A stretch of DNA of 62,609 bases, filler included, from Deltaproteobacteria bacterium (lineage in GTDB: Bacteria > JAEEML01): the NCBI GenBank assembly GCA_016283195.1. It is 4 parts of 4 records of this genome, joined end to end, with 100 filler letters (N's around TTAATTAATTAA, not from the genome) between each part and the next. Parts side by side here need not be neighbours in the genome. Positions count along the whole stretch, not along the records: positions 1 to 11,301 come from JAEEML010000019.1; 3 more parts are not named here. One strand, given 5' to 3'. Each line of letters opens with the position of its first letter. The first letter of the stretch is position 1. The notes beneath the pieces are model-generated. The model did not search any database. It was not told the DNA's origin and saw nothing but the letters and a program-made list of their open reading frames with translations. The position numbers were made by a program, and so were the translations under genes. Shown here piece by piece: positions 1 to 11,058 of the stretch.

Positions 1-280
1 GCAAGTAGCGGAAATTTGGCATCTTGCTCTCTCCATTTTTACAAATTTCCCTCACCACGAAGATCAGAAGCAATTTTTGCCGCTCGCCCCTCTCCGTTTT
101 TACAAACAGCGAGGGGCTCCAAAACGTGGCATGGAGCATTTAAAATGGGCAGATTGGCGGAATCAGTGGCACAGTAGTGTCTCGTTGACTATGGCGCCCG
201 CCGCCAAGTTTTTGGATATGAGGTGGTTTATATAGAAGATTTAAGCTCTGCAGTTGTTTGCAGGAGTAAGGATAGAAAAG

Positions 281-1267
281 TTAAAGATCGGCTAGCCCGA
301 CATTCAGCAGCATTTCAGCAAGTTCATCTACATCTATGCAACGAATACCATTTTCAGCGGCTTTTTTTAATGCACTGTCAGAAAAATGAGCTGTTGTTAC
401 TGCCCACCAAGAGTGAGTGTAATCATCTTTTCCGTTAAAATTGCGGTTGTCTTCACCATTTCTTGCTTCTATTAACTGGTTTATTGCTTCGTCTCCTTCT
501 TTACCTTCGTGATGCTTGGCTTGGATGTGGACACAATGCTTAAGGTTTGTAAAAGAAGCGATTACATCGACGTCACCTCGTTTGCCATTATATGCCTTGC
601 CTGGGTAATCTATATCTGCCCCCATCTTTTCCATGAGAGAGCCAAGGAGATGTTCAAATTTTTGTGGGTTTAAAGCGCTCTTCCCATTTTTAAAGGATAA
701 AGCCTCACAAATACTTTGTTTAGCGCTGTTACTTAAAATTATCTGCAAATCACTTGGTGTTCTAAGTTGAGTAACAATTTCAGTAATATTTTCTGAGCCA
801 AATAATATCTCTGCTTTGCCAGCATGGCACACTGTTTGCTGTACTTTCATTTTGCGCTGTAAAATTTGAGAGGAGTTTGCTCGTTTAAAAATTCCGAGTA
901 CAGTAACAGGCAGCTTAATTAGTCCATTTGTGTAATCTGCTTCCAAAATTGGCTTATCGCTAGCTATAACCTGCGCCAGAATAAATTCTCCCGGTAAAGG
1001 AACACAGATGAGATCATTTTTTTTGATATTATGGAGTATAAGATGCCAACTGGTAGTTGAGCGCAGATTGGCAGATTTTTTATATTCAAGGATGTTTTTC
1101 CAATCCTGATTCAATGATTTATTTCCTGAACCGCTTGGTATCAGGCAGTTCGTCCAAGCGTTGGCATCAAGCCAGCCGATAGTAACAAAATCGGAATTAC
1201 CAGGTTGACATTTTTTAAGACGAAGGTCTTGGTTTTGATAGCGCATTCTGATGACATAGACTTTCAT
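281..1267 (-). CDS. Mrr-like (type IV) restriction endonuclease
   Basis: C-terminal Mrr_cat-like motifs: PQKFEHLLGSLMEKMG, GDVDVIA, IQAKH, VTTAHFSDSA, IDVDELAEML. AT-rich relative to the flanks. Confidence 0.85.
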   Translation of the reverse strand: MKVYVIRMRYQNQDLRLKKCQPGNSDFVTIGWLDANAWTNCLIPSGSGNKSLNQDWKNILEYKKSANLRSTTSWHLILHNIKKNDLICVPLPGEFILAQVIASDKPILEADYTNGLIKLPVTVLGIFKRANSSQILQRKMKVQQTVCHAGKAEILFGSENITEIVTQLRTPSDLQIILSNSAKQSICEALSFKNGKSALNPQKFEHLLGSLMEKMGADIDYPGKAYNGKRGDVDVIASFTNLKHCVHIQAKHHEGKEGDEAINQLIEARNGEDNRNFNGKDDYTHSWWAVTTAHFSDSALKKAAENGIRCIDVDELAEMLLNVGLADL

Positions 1268-1319
1268 TGAGATACTCCCTTACAGTTAAGTACGTAAATA
1301 TCTACTATTTGCCGCATAG

Positions 1320-2132
1320 TTAACTAATTTCTTCTATTATTATTACACGTTTGATTTTTTCAACCTTATTATCCACTCTAGTTGGCAAGATCATGATAAT
1401 TGGAATTATTAAGGCTATTGCAACCAGAATAAATACAAGTGACCCAATTATGTAATTTAGCGCAATAATTATAAAAAATATCCTGCTGATTATTGAGTCA
1501 GCATCAGAAATTCTGTGAAAAATATCTATAAACCCAAGTTTAAAAATATAATGACCTACTACAAAGCACAAGCCACTTATAACACTAACAATTATAATGA
1601 GTAGCAAGCAAAAATTTTTGAAAGTTTCTTTCTTGGGTGAAATGCATTTTTCGTTTTTACATATCAATTTTTCGCCGTTTTTATCTGTATTGCAATCGTT
1701 GTCTGTTCCGCAAAAATTACCTTCTAATCCCTCAGCACAGAAAGGCAATACGGTAAAACTGTGCCAATCGTTTGGGCAAATGCATTGGTTATTAGTGCAA
1801 ATAAGGTTTCCTTGACAATCGTCATCAATACTGCAAGGACTTTCCATTAGCCCGCTGGAACAAAATGGTGAAATATCGATACGATGTAATTCTCCTGGGC
1901 AAAGACAGAGTGCTTCTCCACTATTATCATTGCAAGTTAGGTTGCCGTGACACGTTTTTATTGTACAGGCAGGTAAACAAGAGCCGTTGTTATCATTATC
2001 TTGATAGTTTTCAGCGCATTTTTTGCATTTTCTACCACTATAACCTTCGGGGCATTCTTTAGCCAAAGAGATTATTGGAGCAAGTAATACAACAAGCAAG
2101 AATATGCAAAAATCCAGAAAGTAAAGCTTCAT
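1320..2132 (-). CDS. Cys-rich EGF-like membrane protein
   Basis: Signal peptide, a YQDNDNNGSCLPAC module like those in 37944-42308, CxxDxDC repeats and two C-terminal hydrophobic helices. Confidence 0.7.
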   Translation of the reverse strand: MKLYFLDFCIFLLVVLLAPIISLAKECPEGYSGRKCKKCAENYQDNDNNGSCLPACTIKTCHGNLTCNDNSGEALCLCPGELHRIDISPFCSSGLMESPCSIDDDCQGNLICTNNQCICPNDWHSFTVLPFCAEGLEGNFCGTDNDCNTDKNGEKLICKNEKCISPKKETFKNFCLLLIIIVSVISGLCFVVGHYIFKLGFIDIFHRISDADSIISRIFFIIIALNYIIGSLVFILVAIALIIPIIMILPTRVDNKVEKIKRVIIIEEIS

Positions 2133-2389
2133 GTACCCCTACCTTTGAGAAATTAGCTAGGTCCAAAAACTTTCGCTCCCCTTGCAAGGGGAGTCTTATT
2201 GTTAACACAATAAGACTAATATAACTGCCCAGCGGCGCCCGGACTAAAAATAGCGCGATCGCCCGCCTGCGGCGGGCGCCAATTTGCCCCCAAGTTGCGC
2301 TGGCCCCCCTTATCTTCCTCTTGGCACTGGGCCTGTTTAGTACTGCAAAACCGTATTAAACATAAAGACGCCATATTGACAGGTGCTTT

Positions 2390-2659
2390 ATGAGTCAAAC
2401 TTTGGTGAATTTCAGAATGGATACAGATTTAAAACAGCGCATGGAGGCTATTTGCCGGGATTTGGGTATGACCATGACCACAGCTTTTACCATTTTTGCC
2501 AAAAAAATGACCAGGGAAAAACGTATTCCCTTTGATGTTTCGCTGGATCCTTTTTATTCTGAATCCAACATGAATTATCTCAAAAAAGTTGTGGCCGATA
2601 TTGATTCCGGCAAAGCGGAGCTTCACGAGCATGAGCTTATTGAGGAAGCCGATATATGA
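2390..2659 (+). CDS. RelB/DinJ family antitoxin
   Basis: N-terminal ribbon-helix-helix pattern VNFRMDTDLKQRMEAICRDLGMTMTTAFTIFAKK and RIPFDV..DPFYSESN. Confidence 0.9.
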   Translation: MSQTLVNFRMDTDLKQRMEAICRDLGMTMTTAFTIFAKKMTREKRIPFDVSLDPFYSESNMNYLKKVVADIDSGKAELHEHELIEEADI

Positions 2660-2694
2660 AACTACTCTGGGACGATCGGGCCTGGGAGGATTAG
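2656..2694 (+). pseudogene. Truncated Txe/YoeB-family toxin remnant
   Basis: ATGA overlap with the antitoxin stop. Encodes MKLLWDDRAWED*, a typical YoeB N-terminus, then a stop and unrelated sequence. Confidence 0.75.
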
Positions 2695-2738
2695 CTGCCG
2701 TGGTCATTATTAGCATCTGAGGGGCCGGGGTGAGGAGC

Positions 2739-3338
2739 TTATTTTATCCCGCTTTTTAGCTCTTTGGCCGCAGTTTTTATAGCTCCCCGCACCAAAGCGC
2801 CGAGAGCTATGGCCCCATCTTTGGCCTCTTTTATCCCTTCCGGGCAAGCTTCGTGGTAGCGTTTTACATAATTAAAGCCGCTCTCAGATGCGATGGTAAA
2901 AGCCAGATTCAGGTGGCACTCCTCCTCTTTTTGCCAGGAGAGATCGGAGATAAAAAGATTAATATTTTTAGCCTCTTTGGGCGGATTTTCGCCGGGCAAT
3001 ATGAGGTTTATGCCCTCGGCGTAAAGCGCCTCTTTCAGCGCATAGGCCATAAGTTCGCCAGGCATAGCAGCCCACTCTTCATCGGCGAGAAAAGTGGCTG
3101 AGCCATCTTTATTTAAAGTGACAATAGCCGAGCGGTTATAGAGCGGGTGCACTTTTATATCGTTTAAAACAAGGGGCGTCAGGGTGGCGGCATCATCGGC
3201 CCGGCTTTCGGCCGGCGCACTTTCCTCACCGGTAGCGGCCATATTGAGGGCAATATAGGTGACAACGTGGCCTTTGCCGCCAAAACAGGCAGCCATAAAG
3301 AGAAAAGCCGGCAAAATAAAGGGCAGAATTTTGGCCAT
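2739..3338 (-). CDS. ABC-transport auxiliary (PqiC-like) lipoprotein
   Basis: Lipobox-like MAAC; YNRSAIV...EEWAAMPGELMA resembles the PqiC family motif. Confidence 0.6.
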   Translation of the reverse strand: MAKILPFILPAFLFMAACFGGKGHVVTYIALNMAATGEESAPAESRADDAATLTPLVLNDIKVHPLYNRSAIVTLNKDGSATFLADEEWAAMPGELMAYALKEALYAEGINLILPGENPPKEAKNINLFISDLSWQKEEECHLNLAFTIASESGFNYVKRYHEACPEGIKEAKDGAIALGALVRGAIKTAAKELKSGIK

Positions 3339-3349
3339 AGCGCCCCCTT

Positions 3350-4753
3350 TTAGTAGCGGTAATAATCCGCTTTAAAAGGCCCGTCTTTAGGCACGCCGAT
3401 ATAGTCGGCCTGTTCCTGCGTGAGCTTCGTGAGTTTAGCTCCCAGGTGGTCCAGATGGAGGCGAGCCACCTCTTCGTCGAGCTCTTTGGGGAGTGTATAA
3501 ACGCCAATTTCGCGCTTTGTCTGCCAGAGCGAAAGCTGAGCCAAAGTTTGGTTGGTAAAGCTATTAGACATAACAAAGCTGGGGTGCCCGGTGGCGCAGC
3601 CCAGATTGACAAGGCGCCCCAGGGCCAAAAGAATAATTGAGTGGCCGTCGGGGAAGGTAAACATATCCACTTGCGGCTTGATATTGGTGTGCTTAATGCC
3701 CGGGAAGTTTTGCAATTTATCCACTTCAATCTCGTTATCAAAGTGGCCGATATTGCAAACAACGGCTTTGTCTTTCATCTTAGCCATGTGTTCGATGGTG
3801 ATGACATGGCAGCAACCGGTGGTGGTGACAAAAATATCGGCATCGGGGAGCGCATCTTCCACGGTGCAAACTTTATAGCCGGCCATGCAGGCCTGGAGGG
3901 CGCAAATGGGGTCAACTTCGGAGACCATAACCCGCACATGGCTACCGGCGAGCGACTGGGCCGAACCTTTACCCACATCGCCATAGCCGCAGACCATAGC
4001 CACTTTACCGGCTAGCATGAGGTCGGTGGCCCGGCGGATACCGTCCACTAGTGATTCGCGGCAACCGTAGATGTTGTCGAATTTGGACTTAGTTACCGAG
4101 TCGTTGACATTGATGGCCGGGAAGAGCAGCTCGCCGGCCTTTTCCAGCTGATAGAGGCGGTGCACGCCGGTAGTTGTCTCTTCGGAAACGCCCTTAAACT
4201 CTTTTACCAGGCGGTGGAAGAAGGTGGGGTCTTCAGCTAGCCGCCCCTTGAGCACTTTATTGACTATTTTGAGCTCATGATTTTCCGTCGGCTCATCTAA
4301 AATAGCGCTATTTTCTTCGGCTTTGTAGCCGCGTTGAATAAGGAGCGTGGCATCGCCGCCGTCATCCACCACCAGATGGGGTCCCTTCCCCTCCGGCCAG
4401 GTGAGCGCTTTTAAGGTAAATTGCCAGTATTCATCTAAAGTTTCGCCCTTATAGGCAAAAACGGGCACACCGCCGGCGGCAATAGCGGCCGCCGCGTGAT
4501 CCTGCGTGGAATAAATATTACATGATACCCAGCGGATATCGGCGCCAAGTTCTTTTAATGTTTCAATTAAAACAGCCGTTTGAATGGTCATGTGCAGGGA
4601 GCCCATGATGCGCGCCCCTTTGAGGGGCTTATCTGCGCTATATTTCTTGCGCGTTGCCATGAGGCCGGGCATTTCGCATTCGGCGAGAGCTATCTCTTTG
4701 CGGCCAAAATCGGCCAGGTTTATGTCTTTAACCAGATATTCGCTTGCAACCAT
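3350..4753 (-). CDS. ahcY: Adenosylhomocysteinase
   Basis: [46 protein letters not shown] and NLGCATGHP motifs. Start placed at the ATG after the GGAG RBS. Confidence 0.97.
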   Translation of the reverse strand: MVASEYLVKDINLADFGRKEIALAECEMPGLMATRKKYSADKPLKGARIMGSLHMTIQTAVLIETLKELGADIRWVSCNIYSTQDHAAAAIAAGGVPVFAYKGETLDEYWQFTLKALTWPEGKGPHLVVDDGGDATLLIQRGYKAEENSAILDEPTENHELKIVNKVLKGRLAEDPTFFHRLVKEFKGVSEETTTGVHRLYQLEKAGELLFPAINVNDSVTKSKFDNIYGCRESLVDGIRRATDLMLAGKVAMVCGYGDVGKGSAQSLAGSHVRVMVSEVDPICALQACMAGYKVCTVEDALPDADIFVTTTGCCHVITIEHMAKMKDKAVVCNIGHFDNEIEVDKLQNFPGIKHTNIKPQVDMFTFPDGHSIILLALGRLVNLGCATGHPSFVMSNSFTNQTLAQLSLWQTKREIGVYTLPKELDEEVARLHLDHLGAKLTKLTQEQADYIGVPKDGPFKADYYRY

Positions 4754-4831
4754 ATAAATCTCCATAGGGAAACAATTTCCCAAAATAAAAGCGGCGCTAC
4801 TTTAACATGAAAAGAAAGAAGATCAAGTGTG

Positions 4832-5773
4832 CTAGTTAAGCATATATTTGGTCGGGTCTTGGGGAATGCCGTTCAGGCGCACTTCATAGTGCAGGTGCGG
4901 GCCGGTGGAACGGCCGGTATTGCCTACCATGCCGATGAGCGAGCCGCGTTTAACTTTATCGCCCAGTTTTACGCTATAGCCGGACATATGCGCAAAGTGG
5001 CTCTGAATGCCAAAGCCGTGATCGACAATAACGGTCATGCCGTAGCCGCCACGGGTGCCCACCCAAATAACGGTGCCATCGGCGGGAGCAAAAATTTCGC
5101 TGCCCTCGGGAGCGCCGATATCGAGGCCCTTATGCATAACCCGCTCGCGGGTATATGGGTCGCGGCGAATACCGAAAGCCGAAGTCTTCATGCGCGAATG
5201 GACTGGCCAAATAGAAGGAGTGGAGCGCAGAAGCACCTTTTGATAATCGAGATAACGGCTTAATGAGCTCAGCTTATCTTCATCGGTAACCGCCCGCTCT
5301 TCGAGAGCATCGATTTTAGCGGAAAGAATGCGGGTGGTGAGGGCGGAATCAAGCGGCTCATTGACAGAATCAATGCGCTCACCGCTGGCAAAGAGCACGG
5401 AGGGGCGCTCGCCGCTTTCCAAAGTGCCGAGAGGGCCCATGGCCAGGTTGCGCTCGCTGTCGTTTAGCTGAGTAATGGCCCGTACTTTAACATCAAATTG
5501 CTCAATGCGCTCTAAAAGGCGCTCAATGCGCGAAACTTTGGAACGCATGGTGATGAGCTGCGATTCCAGTTGGCGCTTTTCTGTGCGAATATCGCGAGTT
5601 TCCCGCAGCTCTTTTACGGTGCTGAAGTAATGAAATGTAAATATGGAAATAACGGCAATTACTGTAAAAGACAGTAAACCGAGATTGATGATAGTTTGTC
5701 TTTTTACCTTAAAACTCTTGGTGGTTGAAGAGCGTTCGGGTACAATCATGACAGTAAAAAAGCGGCTCGCCAC
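4832..5773 (-). CDS. M23 family metallopeptidase
   Basis: N-terminal TM and coiled coil, then HKGLD and GRSTGPHLHYEV motifs. Confidence 0.93.
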   Translation of the reverse strand: MASRFFTVMIVPERSSTTKSFKVKRQTIINLGLLSFTVIAVISIFTFHYFSTVKELRETRDIRTEKRQLESQLITMRSKVSRIERLLERIEQFDVKVRAITQLNDSERNLAMGPLGTLESGERPSVLFASGERIDSVNEPLDSALTTRILSAKIDALEERAVTDEDKLSSLSRYLDYQKVLLRSTPSIWPVHSRMKTSAFGIRRDPYTRERVMHKGLDIGAPEGSEIFAPADGTVIWVGTRGGYGMTVIVDHGFGIQSHFAHMSGYSVKLGDKVKRGSLIGMVGNTGRSTGPHLHYEVRLNGIPQDPTKYMLN

Positions 5774-6027
5774 TATATAAGCTCCTTGAGTCCTTTTTAG
5801 GACAATATAAAGCTGACAAAAAGCCGGGTTTTATACACCCGGTGCCCTGTGGTACCAAAAGTGGGTGAAAACGTCAAGATTTGGTACAATTTTATGCATA
5901 ATTTTTTAAAAAAACCAAATAATGACTTGCCTAAAGTAACTTTTTTAAAGTTCACGCCGCGATTGCGGGCCGAGCGTCATTGTGCTAGTTAGACTCTGGC
6001 CCCAGTTGGCCGCGGAGAAGTAAAAAA

Positions 6028-7095
6028 ATGTTTAAAGTAAGTACCAAAGAAGATGTGCGCCGGGCTATCGGCTATATGCTCATTGGCCGTTATCACGGCA
6101 TGGAACCGGGCGCCGAAGTACGCGAGGTTTTGCAAAGCGGTATGTGCCGTAATATTATTGAATTTGCCGATAATACCAAGGATTTGGAACAACTGGCCGA
6201 AAATCACCGCCAGTTTACCGAATGGAGCGGCGGCTGTCTGTTTTCTGTCGATCAGGAGGGCGGCCGGGTGCAGCGCATAAAAGCGCCGCTTACTGTTTAC
6301 CCGCCGATGGGTGTTCTGGCGCAAAAAAACGACTCCGAACTTATGGAACTGGTGGGCAAGGCCATGGCTTTGGAGCTTAGAGCGCTTGGCTACCATATAG
6401 ATTTTGCACCTGTTGCCGATGTCAATTCCAACCCGGATAATCCGGTTATTGGTGACAGATCTTTTGGAAATAGCCCGGAAAAAGTGGCGCTTTTAAGCTG
6501 TGCTTTTATCAAAGGGTTGCAGGCCGGCGGTATTGCTGCTTGTGCCAAGCACTTTCCAGGTCATGGTGACAGCAGCAAAGACAGCCACAAAGAATTACCT
6601 ATTATCGCTCTTAATCTGGACGAAATCCGCGCTATACACTGGCCGCCTTTTAAAGCGGCAGCCGCCGCCGGTGTGGCCCTGATGATGAGTGCTCATCTTT
6701 TGGTGCCGGCGCTTGATGGCGTGCGGCCGGCTACCCTTTCTCCCACTATTATCGGCCGCCTCCGCGAAGAGATTGGCTTTAATGGCCCGGTGGCGAGCGA
6801 TGCTCTTGATATGGGCGCACTTTCGGAAATTCCTCTTGAAAAGCGGGCCATCGGCGCAGTTTTGGCTGATTTGGATCTTTTAACACTTTGCGGCGGTATC
6901 AGTGATGTCCCGGCGGCTTTTGAGGCCCTGGTGCATGCGGAAGAGCAGGGGATTATTACTAAAGCGCGGCTGGAAAAATCTCTGCAGCGGCTCAAAAGTC
7001 TTTGGAATAATTATTTTCGTCCGCAACCGGACTCTCTCGAAAGTATTGAAAATTTAACCGAGGTCGCGCGCCTCGAGCTGGAAGAGCGGTGGTAA
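6028..7095 (+). CDS. nagZ: Beta-N-acetylhexosaminidase (GH3)
   Basis: VDQEGGRVQR, KHFPGHG..DSH and SDALDMGAL motifs. Confidence 0.9.
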   Translation: MFKVSTKEDVRRAIGYMLIGRYHGMEPGAEVREVLQSGMCRNIIEFADNTKDLEQLAENHRQFTEWSGGCLFSVDQEGGRVQRIKAPLTVYPPMGVLAQKNDSELMELVGKAMALELRALGYHIDFAPVADVNSNPDNPVIGDRSFGNSPEKVALLSCAFIKGLQAGGIAACAKHFPGHGDSSKDSHKELPIIALNLDEIRAIHWPPFKAAAAAGVALMMSAHLLVPALDGVRPATLSPTIIGRLREEIGFNGPVASDALDMGALSEIPLEKRAIGAVLADLDLLTLCGGISDVPAAFEALVHAEEQGIITKARLEKSLQRLKSLWNNYFRPQPDSLESIENLTEVARLELEERW

Positions 7096-7096
7096 A

Positions 7097-7783
7097 ATGG
7101 CGGTGATAGCCGGTAAAAACATAACAATAGGCGAGGAAATAAAAGCGCGCTGCCCGGAATATGTTGGCGCCGCTTTTTATGCCGAAGTGGTAAATAGCGC
7201 CTACTCTGCCCCTCTTTGGGCGGAGATAAACGCTTTTGTTGCCGATTATCGGGCCAAATATACGCCCGATTCTTTAAAAGAACTGCCGGCCATTATGGCT
7301 ACCCGCCGGGCCTATAAGCGCTGCGGTAAAGATCCGAGCCGCTACCGCCCATCCGGTGAAGCACTGGTGCGCCGCACTCTGCAAGGTAAGGAACTTTACC
7401 AGATAGATACTCTGGTGGATTTGATAAACCTCGCTTCCATTGCCTACGGCTACAGTATCGGCGGCTTTGATTTTGATAAAATTTCCGGCCCCACCATAAC
7501 TTTGGGCATCGGCCGCGAGGGCGAGCCTTATGAGGGCATCGGCCGCGGCGCGCTCAACATTGCCGGCCTGCCCGTTTATCGCGACTCTATGGGCGGTATC
7601 GGCACGCCGACGAGCGACAACGAGCGCACCAAACTTGGCCTTTCTACCCGCCGCCTTTTGGCTATTGTTAACGGTTATGACGGTGATAAAGTAAATACCT
7701 TGGCCTGTGCCAAATATATAGGCGAACTGGCCGAAAAATACGCTGCAGCCGTGAATTGCTGCCTGATTTGTTACGCAATTTAA
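7097..7783 (+). CDS. B3/B4 (PheRS-beta editing-like) domain protein
   Basis: YKRCGKDPSRYRPSGEALVRR and LVDLINLASI motifs. Confidence 0.85.
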   Translation: MAVIAGKNITIGEEIKARCPEYVGAAFYAEVVNSAYSAPLWAEINAFVADYRAKYTPDSLKELPAIMATRRAYKRCGKDPSRYRPSGEALVRRTLQGKELYQIDTLVDLINLASIAYGYSIGGFDFDKISGPTITLGIGREGEPYEGIGRGALNIAGLPVYRDSMGGIGTPTSDNERTKLGLSTRRLLAIVNGYDGDKVNTLACAKYIGELAEKYAAAVNCCLICYAI

Positions 7784-7792
7784 ATATTTTCC

Positions 7793-7821
7793 TTGACAAG
7801 AGAAAAATATCTCGTTATCAT
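7793..7821 (+). promoter_or_regulatory. sigma70 promoter of the str operon
   Basis: TTGACA-N17-TATCAT upstream of rpsL. Confidence 0.85.
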
Positions 7822-7886
7822 GCCGCACCCTAGAGGGGCCTCTGGTGGCCCTTGGACTTGTAGTTTATCGATGTAAGGAGATTCGG

Positions 7887-8258
7887 ATGCCTACTATAAA
7901 CCAGCTCGTTCGTAAAGGACGGGAACAAAAGAAGGCCAAAAACAACGCTCCGGCTTTGAAGCGTTGCCCCCAAAAACGCGGTGTGTGCGTGCGTGTTTAC
8001 ACCACCACCCCTAAAAAACCTAACTCCGCTTTGCGTAAAGTCGCTCGTGTGAGACTGGTTAACGGTTTGGAAATTACTACTTATATCCCCGGTGTGGGCC
8101 ACAATTTGCAGGAACACTCCGTGGTGCTCATCCGTGGTGGCCGTGTTAAAGACCTCCCCGGTGTTCGTTATCACATCGTTCGCGGTTCTCTCGATACCAC
8201 CGGTGTTGAGGGCCGTAAACAGTCCCGTAGTAAATACGGTGCCAAGCGCCCGAAATAA
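7887..8258 (+). CDS. rpsL: 30S ribosomal protein S12
   Basis: [21 protein letters not shown] and [21 protein letters not shown]. Confidence 0.99.
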   Translation: MPTINQLVRKGREQKKAKNNAPALKRCPQKRGVCVRVYTTTPKKPNSALRKVARVRLVNGLEITTYIPGVGHNLQEHSVVLIRGGRVKDLPGVRYHIVRGSLDTTGVEGRKQSRSKYGAKRPK

Positions 8259-8278
8259 GTTAGAGGGCGGAGGATATT

Positions 8279-8749
8279 ATGCCAAGACGTAGAGAAGTTG
8301 TTAAAAGAAAGATCAATCCGGATCCCAAGTTTGGTGATAAATTAGTGGCTAAATTTGTCAACGGCCTGATGGAACGCGGCAAAAAGAGCACTGCCGAGCA
8401 CATTCTGTATAGCGCTCTGGAACTTGTTGGTGAGCGCACCAAAGAAGAGCCTTTGAAAGTCTTCAAAAAGGCTATGGACAACGTGAAACCGCAACTGGAA
8501 GTTAAGAGCCGCCGTGTCGGTGGTGCTACTTATCAGGTTCCGGTGGAAGTCGGTGCTGCTCGCCGCGAAGCATTAGCTATGCGCTGGCTCATCGGTTATT
8601 CCCGTGATCGCAACGAGAAGACCATGGCCGAGCGTCTTGCTGCTGAGCTCATTGATGCTGCCGCCGGGCGTGGTAGCGCGGTGAAAAAACGCGATGATAC
8701 TCACCGTATGGCCGAAGCTAATAAAGCTTTTGCTCACTATCGCTGGTAG
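8279..8749 (+). CDS. rpsG: 30S ribosomal protein S7
   Basis: [17 protein letters not shown] and [13 protein letters not shown]. Confidence 0.99.
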   Translation: MPRRREVVKRKINPDPKFGDKLVAKFVNGLMERGKKSTAEHILYSALELVGERTKEEPLKVFKKAMDNVKPQLEVKSRRVGGATYQVPVEVGAARREALAMRWLIGYSRDRNEKTMAERLAAELIDAAAGRGSAVKKRDDTHRMAEANKAFAHYRW

Positions 8750-8840
8750 TTTTTCTTTTTTGCTTAATGGTGTTTTGAGCTCGCTGAGCTTTTGATCTTT
8801 GATAACCTGTGGCTGTTGGGCCTCATGTGGAGAAATGCAG

Positions 8841-10931
8841 ATGGCTAATACATCGGTTGATTATCCCTTGGACAAGATCCGTAATATCGGACTTGCGGCC
8901 CATATAGATGCAGGTAAAACCACCACCACCGAACGTATCCTCTACTATACAGGTATAACTCACCGCATCGGTGAGGTCGATGACGGCTCCACGCAAATGG
9001 ACTGGATGGAACAGGAGCAGGAGCGGGGCATTACCATTACCTCGGCCTCTACTACCGCCATTTGGAAAAATTATCGCATAAACGTTATCGACACTCCCGG
9101 ACATGTGGATTTTACTGCCGAAGTTGAGCGCTCAATGCGTGTTCTTGATGGCGTTATTGTGGTTCTCTGTGCCGTTGGTGGTGTGGAGCCGCAAAGTGAA
9201 ACCATCTGGCACCAGGCTGAACGCTACGGTGTGCCGCGTATCGTCTTTGTTAATAAGATGGATCGCACCGGGGCTGACTTTTTGGGAGCCGTTGAAAGCC
9301 TTAAAGAGCGCCTCGGGGCCCATGGTGTGCCGGTAGAATTGCCTCTCGGCAAAGAAGATACCTTTGAAGGTGTGATTGATCTCATCACCATGAAAGCTAT
9401 TCGCTATAATGGCGAAACACTGGGCGCCACCTTTGATGAGGTAGCTATTCCGGAAGAGTATGCCGATTTGGCCGAGGAATACCGCCAGAACCTTCTGGAG
9501 GCGGCGGCCGAATATGATGATGCTCTGATGGAAGCCTATCTTGGCGGCGAAGAAATAACCCCGGAGCAGATTAGAGCAGCTCTCAGAATCGGCACTTTGA
9601 AGCGGGAGATCTTTCCGGTCTTTTGCGGCTCTTCTTTTAAAAATAAGGGCGTGCAACCGCTTCTTGATGGCGTTATTGATTATCTGCCTTCTCCTCTTGA
9701 TGTGCCGCCGGTTATCGGACGCCACACCAAGACGGGTAAAGAGGTAGAGATTAAAGCCGATAATGATGCGCCGCTGGTGGGGCTCGTCTTTAAGATTGCC
9801 ACCGATCCATTTGCCGGACAGCTGGCCTACATTCGCATTTATTCCGGTGTGCTGCGTGATGGCATGACTATTTACAACGCCACCTTGGATAAACGCGAGC
9901 GCCTCGGCAAGCTCCTGCATATGCATGCCGCCCGCCGCGAAGAAATTGCCGAAAGCGGTGCCGGTAATATTTGTGCCGCCGTTGGCCTTAGAAGTGTGCG
10001 CACCGGCGATACCATTTGCGATCTTAAGCAGCAAGTGGTTATTGCCGGCATGGAATTTCCCGAGCCGGTTATTTCTGTAGCTTTGGAGCCGAAGAGCAAA
10101 GCCGATGAAGACAAAATGAACGACGCTTTGCAAAAGCTGGAGTTTGAAGATCCCACTTTTAGCACCCGCCGCGACAAAGAAACCGGCCAGCTTCTTATTA
10201 GTGGCATGGGTGAGCTCCATCTGGATATTATTGTCGATCGCTTGAAACGCGAATTTGGTGTTTCTGCTAAAGTCGGCAAGCCGCAGGTCAGCTACCGTGA
10301 GACTGTTACCGCCGCCGCCCAGGCGGAAGGACAGTTTATCCGTCAGACCGGTACCGGCAAAGGGCAATACGGCCATGTTATTTTGCGCGTTGAACCGAGC
10401 GAAAAAGATGGTTCGGAATTTGTCCGCGCTTGTAAAGATAGTGAAGTACCGCCTATTTATACCGAGGCGGTTAAATCCGGCGCTCTTTCCGAGATGGAAT
10501 ACGGCACGCTGGCCGGTTATCAAATGATTAACATTAAAACAACTCTTCTGGGCGGTTCTTTTAATGAAGTTGATTCCAGCGATTTAGCCTTCCATGCGGC
10601 TTCCTCCATAGCTTTTAGAGATGCCGTTAAGGCTGCTTCGCCGACTATACTTGAGCCCATTATGGATACCGAGATTGTTGCTCCCGGCGAATATATGGGC
10701 GATATAGTTGGTGATATCAATAAGCGCCGCGGTAAAGTAATAGCCATTACTCCGCGTGGTGTGTTGCAAATTATCAAAGCCAAGGTGCCTTTGGCCGAGA
10801 TGTTTGGTTATGCTACCGGACTCCGCTCTCTTACCCAGGGGCGGGCCTCATATAGTATGCAATTTGATTATTATGAGCGCGTTCCGGCTAATATTGAACA
10901 AAATATGATAGCAAAACTTGGAGGGTACTAA
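8841..10931 (+). CDS. fusA: Elongation factor G
   Basis: [32 protein letters not shown] and GMGELHL motifs; str operon position. Start chosen from the GGAG RBS. Confidence 0.97.
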   Translation: MANTSVDYPLDKIRNIGLAAHIDAGKTTTTERILYYTGITHRIGEVDDGSTQMDWMEQEQERGITITSASTTAIWKNYRINVIDTPGHVDFTAEVERSMRVLDGVIVVLCAVGGVEPQSETIWHQAERYGVPRIVFVNKMDRTGADFLGAVESLKERLGAHGVPVELPLGKEDTFEGVIDLITMKAIRYNGETLGATFDEVAIPEEYADLAEEYRQNLLEAAAEYDDALMEAYLGGEEITPEQIRAALRIGTLKREIFPVFCGSSFKNKGVQPLLDGVIDYLPSPLDVPPVIGRHTKTGKEVEIKADNDAPLVGLVFKIATDPFAGQLAYIRIYSGVLRDGMTIYNATLDKRERLGKLLHMHAARREEIAESGAGNICAAVGLRSVRTGDTICDLKQQVVIAGMEFPEPVISVALEPKSKADEDKMNDALQKLEFEDPTFSTRRDKETGQLLISGMGELHLDIIVDRLKREFGVSAKVGKPQVSYRETVTAAAQAEGQFIRQTGTGKGQYGHVILRVEPSEKDGSEFVRACKDSEVPPIYTEAVKSGALSEMEYGTLAGYQMINIKTTLLGGSFNEVDSSDLAFHAASSIAFRDAVKAASPTILEPIMDTEIVAPGEYMGDIVGDINKRRGKVIAITPRGVLQIIKAKVPLAEMFGYATGLRSLTQGRASYSMQFDYYERVPANIEQNMIAKLGGY

Positions 10932-11058
10932 GATTTTGCTTGCTTTTTAAACTGTTTTTGGTGTATAAACCGCTAACTCGTTTGCAAGGATGCAACGAGC
11001 TGGCAAAGAAATAACGACCACAAGTTTGTAAGTGGTGGATTTTGAAAGGAAAAGTGCA

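Noticed and set aside
9132-10523. Long antisense ORFs (e.g. 9132-10523, 17701-18693, 40086-41441)
   Set aside because: These are shadow frames of well-supported genes on the opposite strand, with no recognisable motifs.
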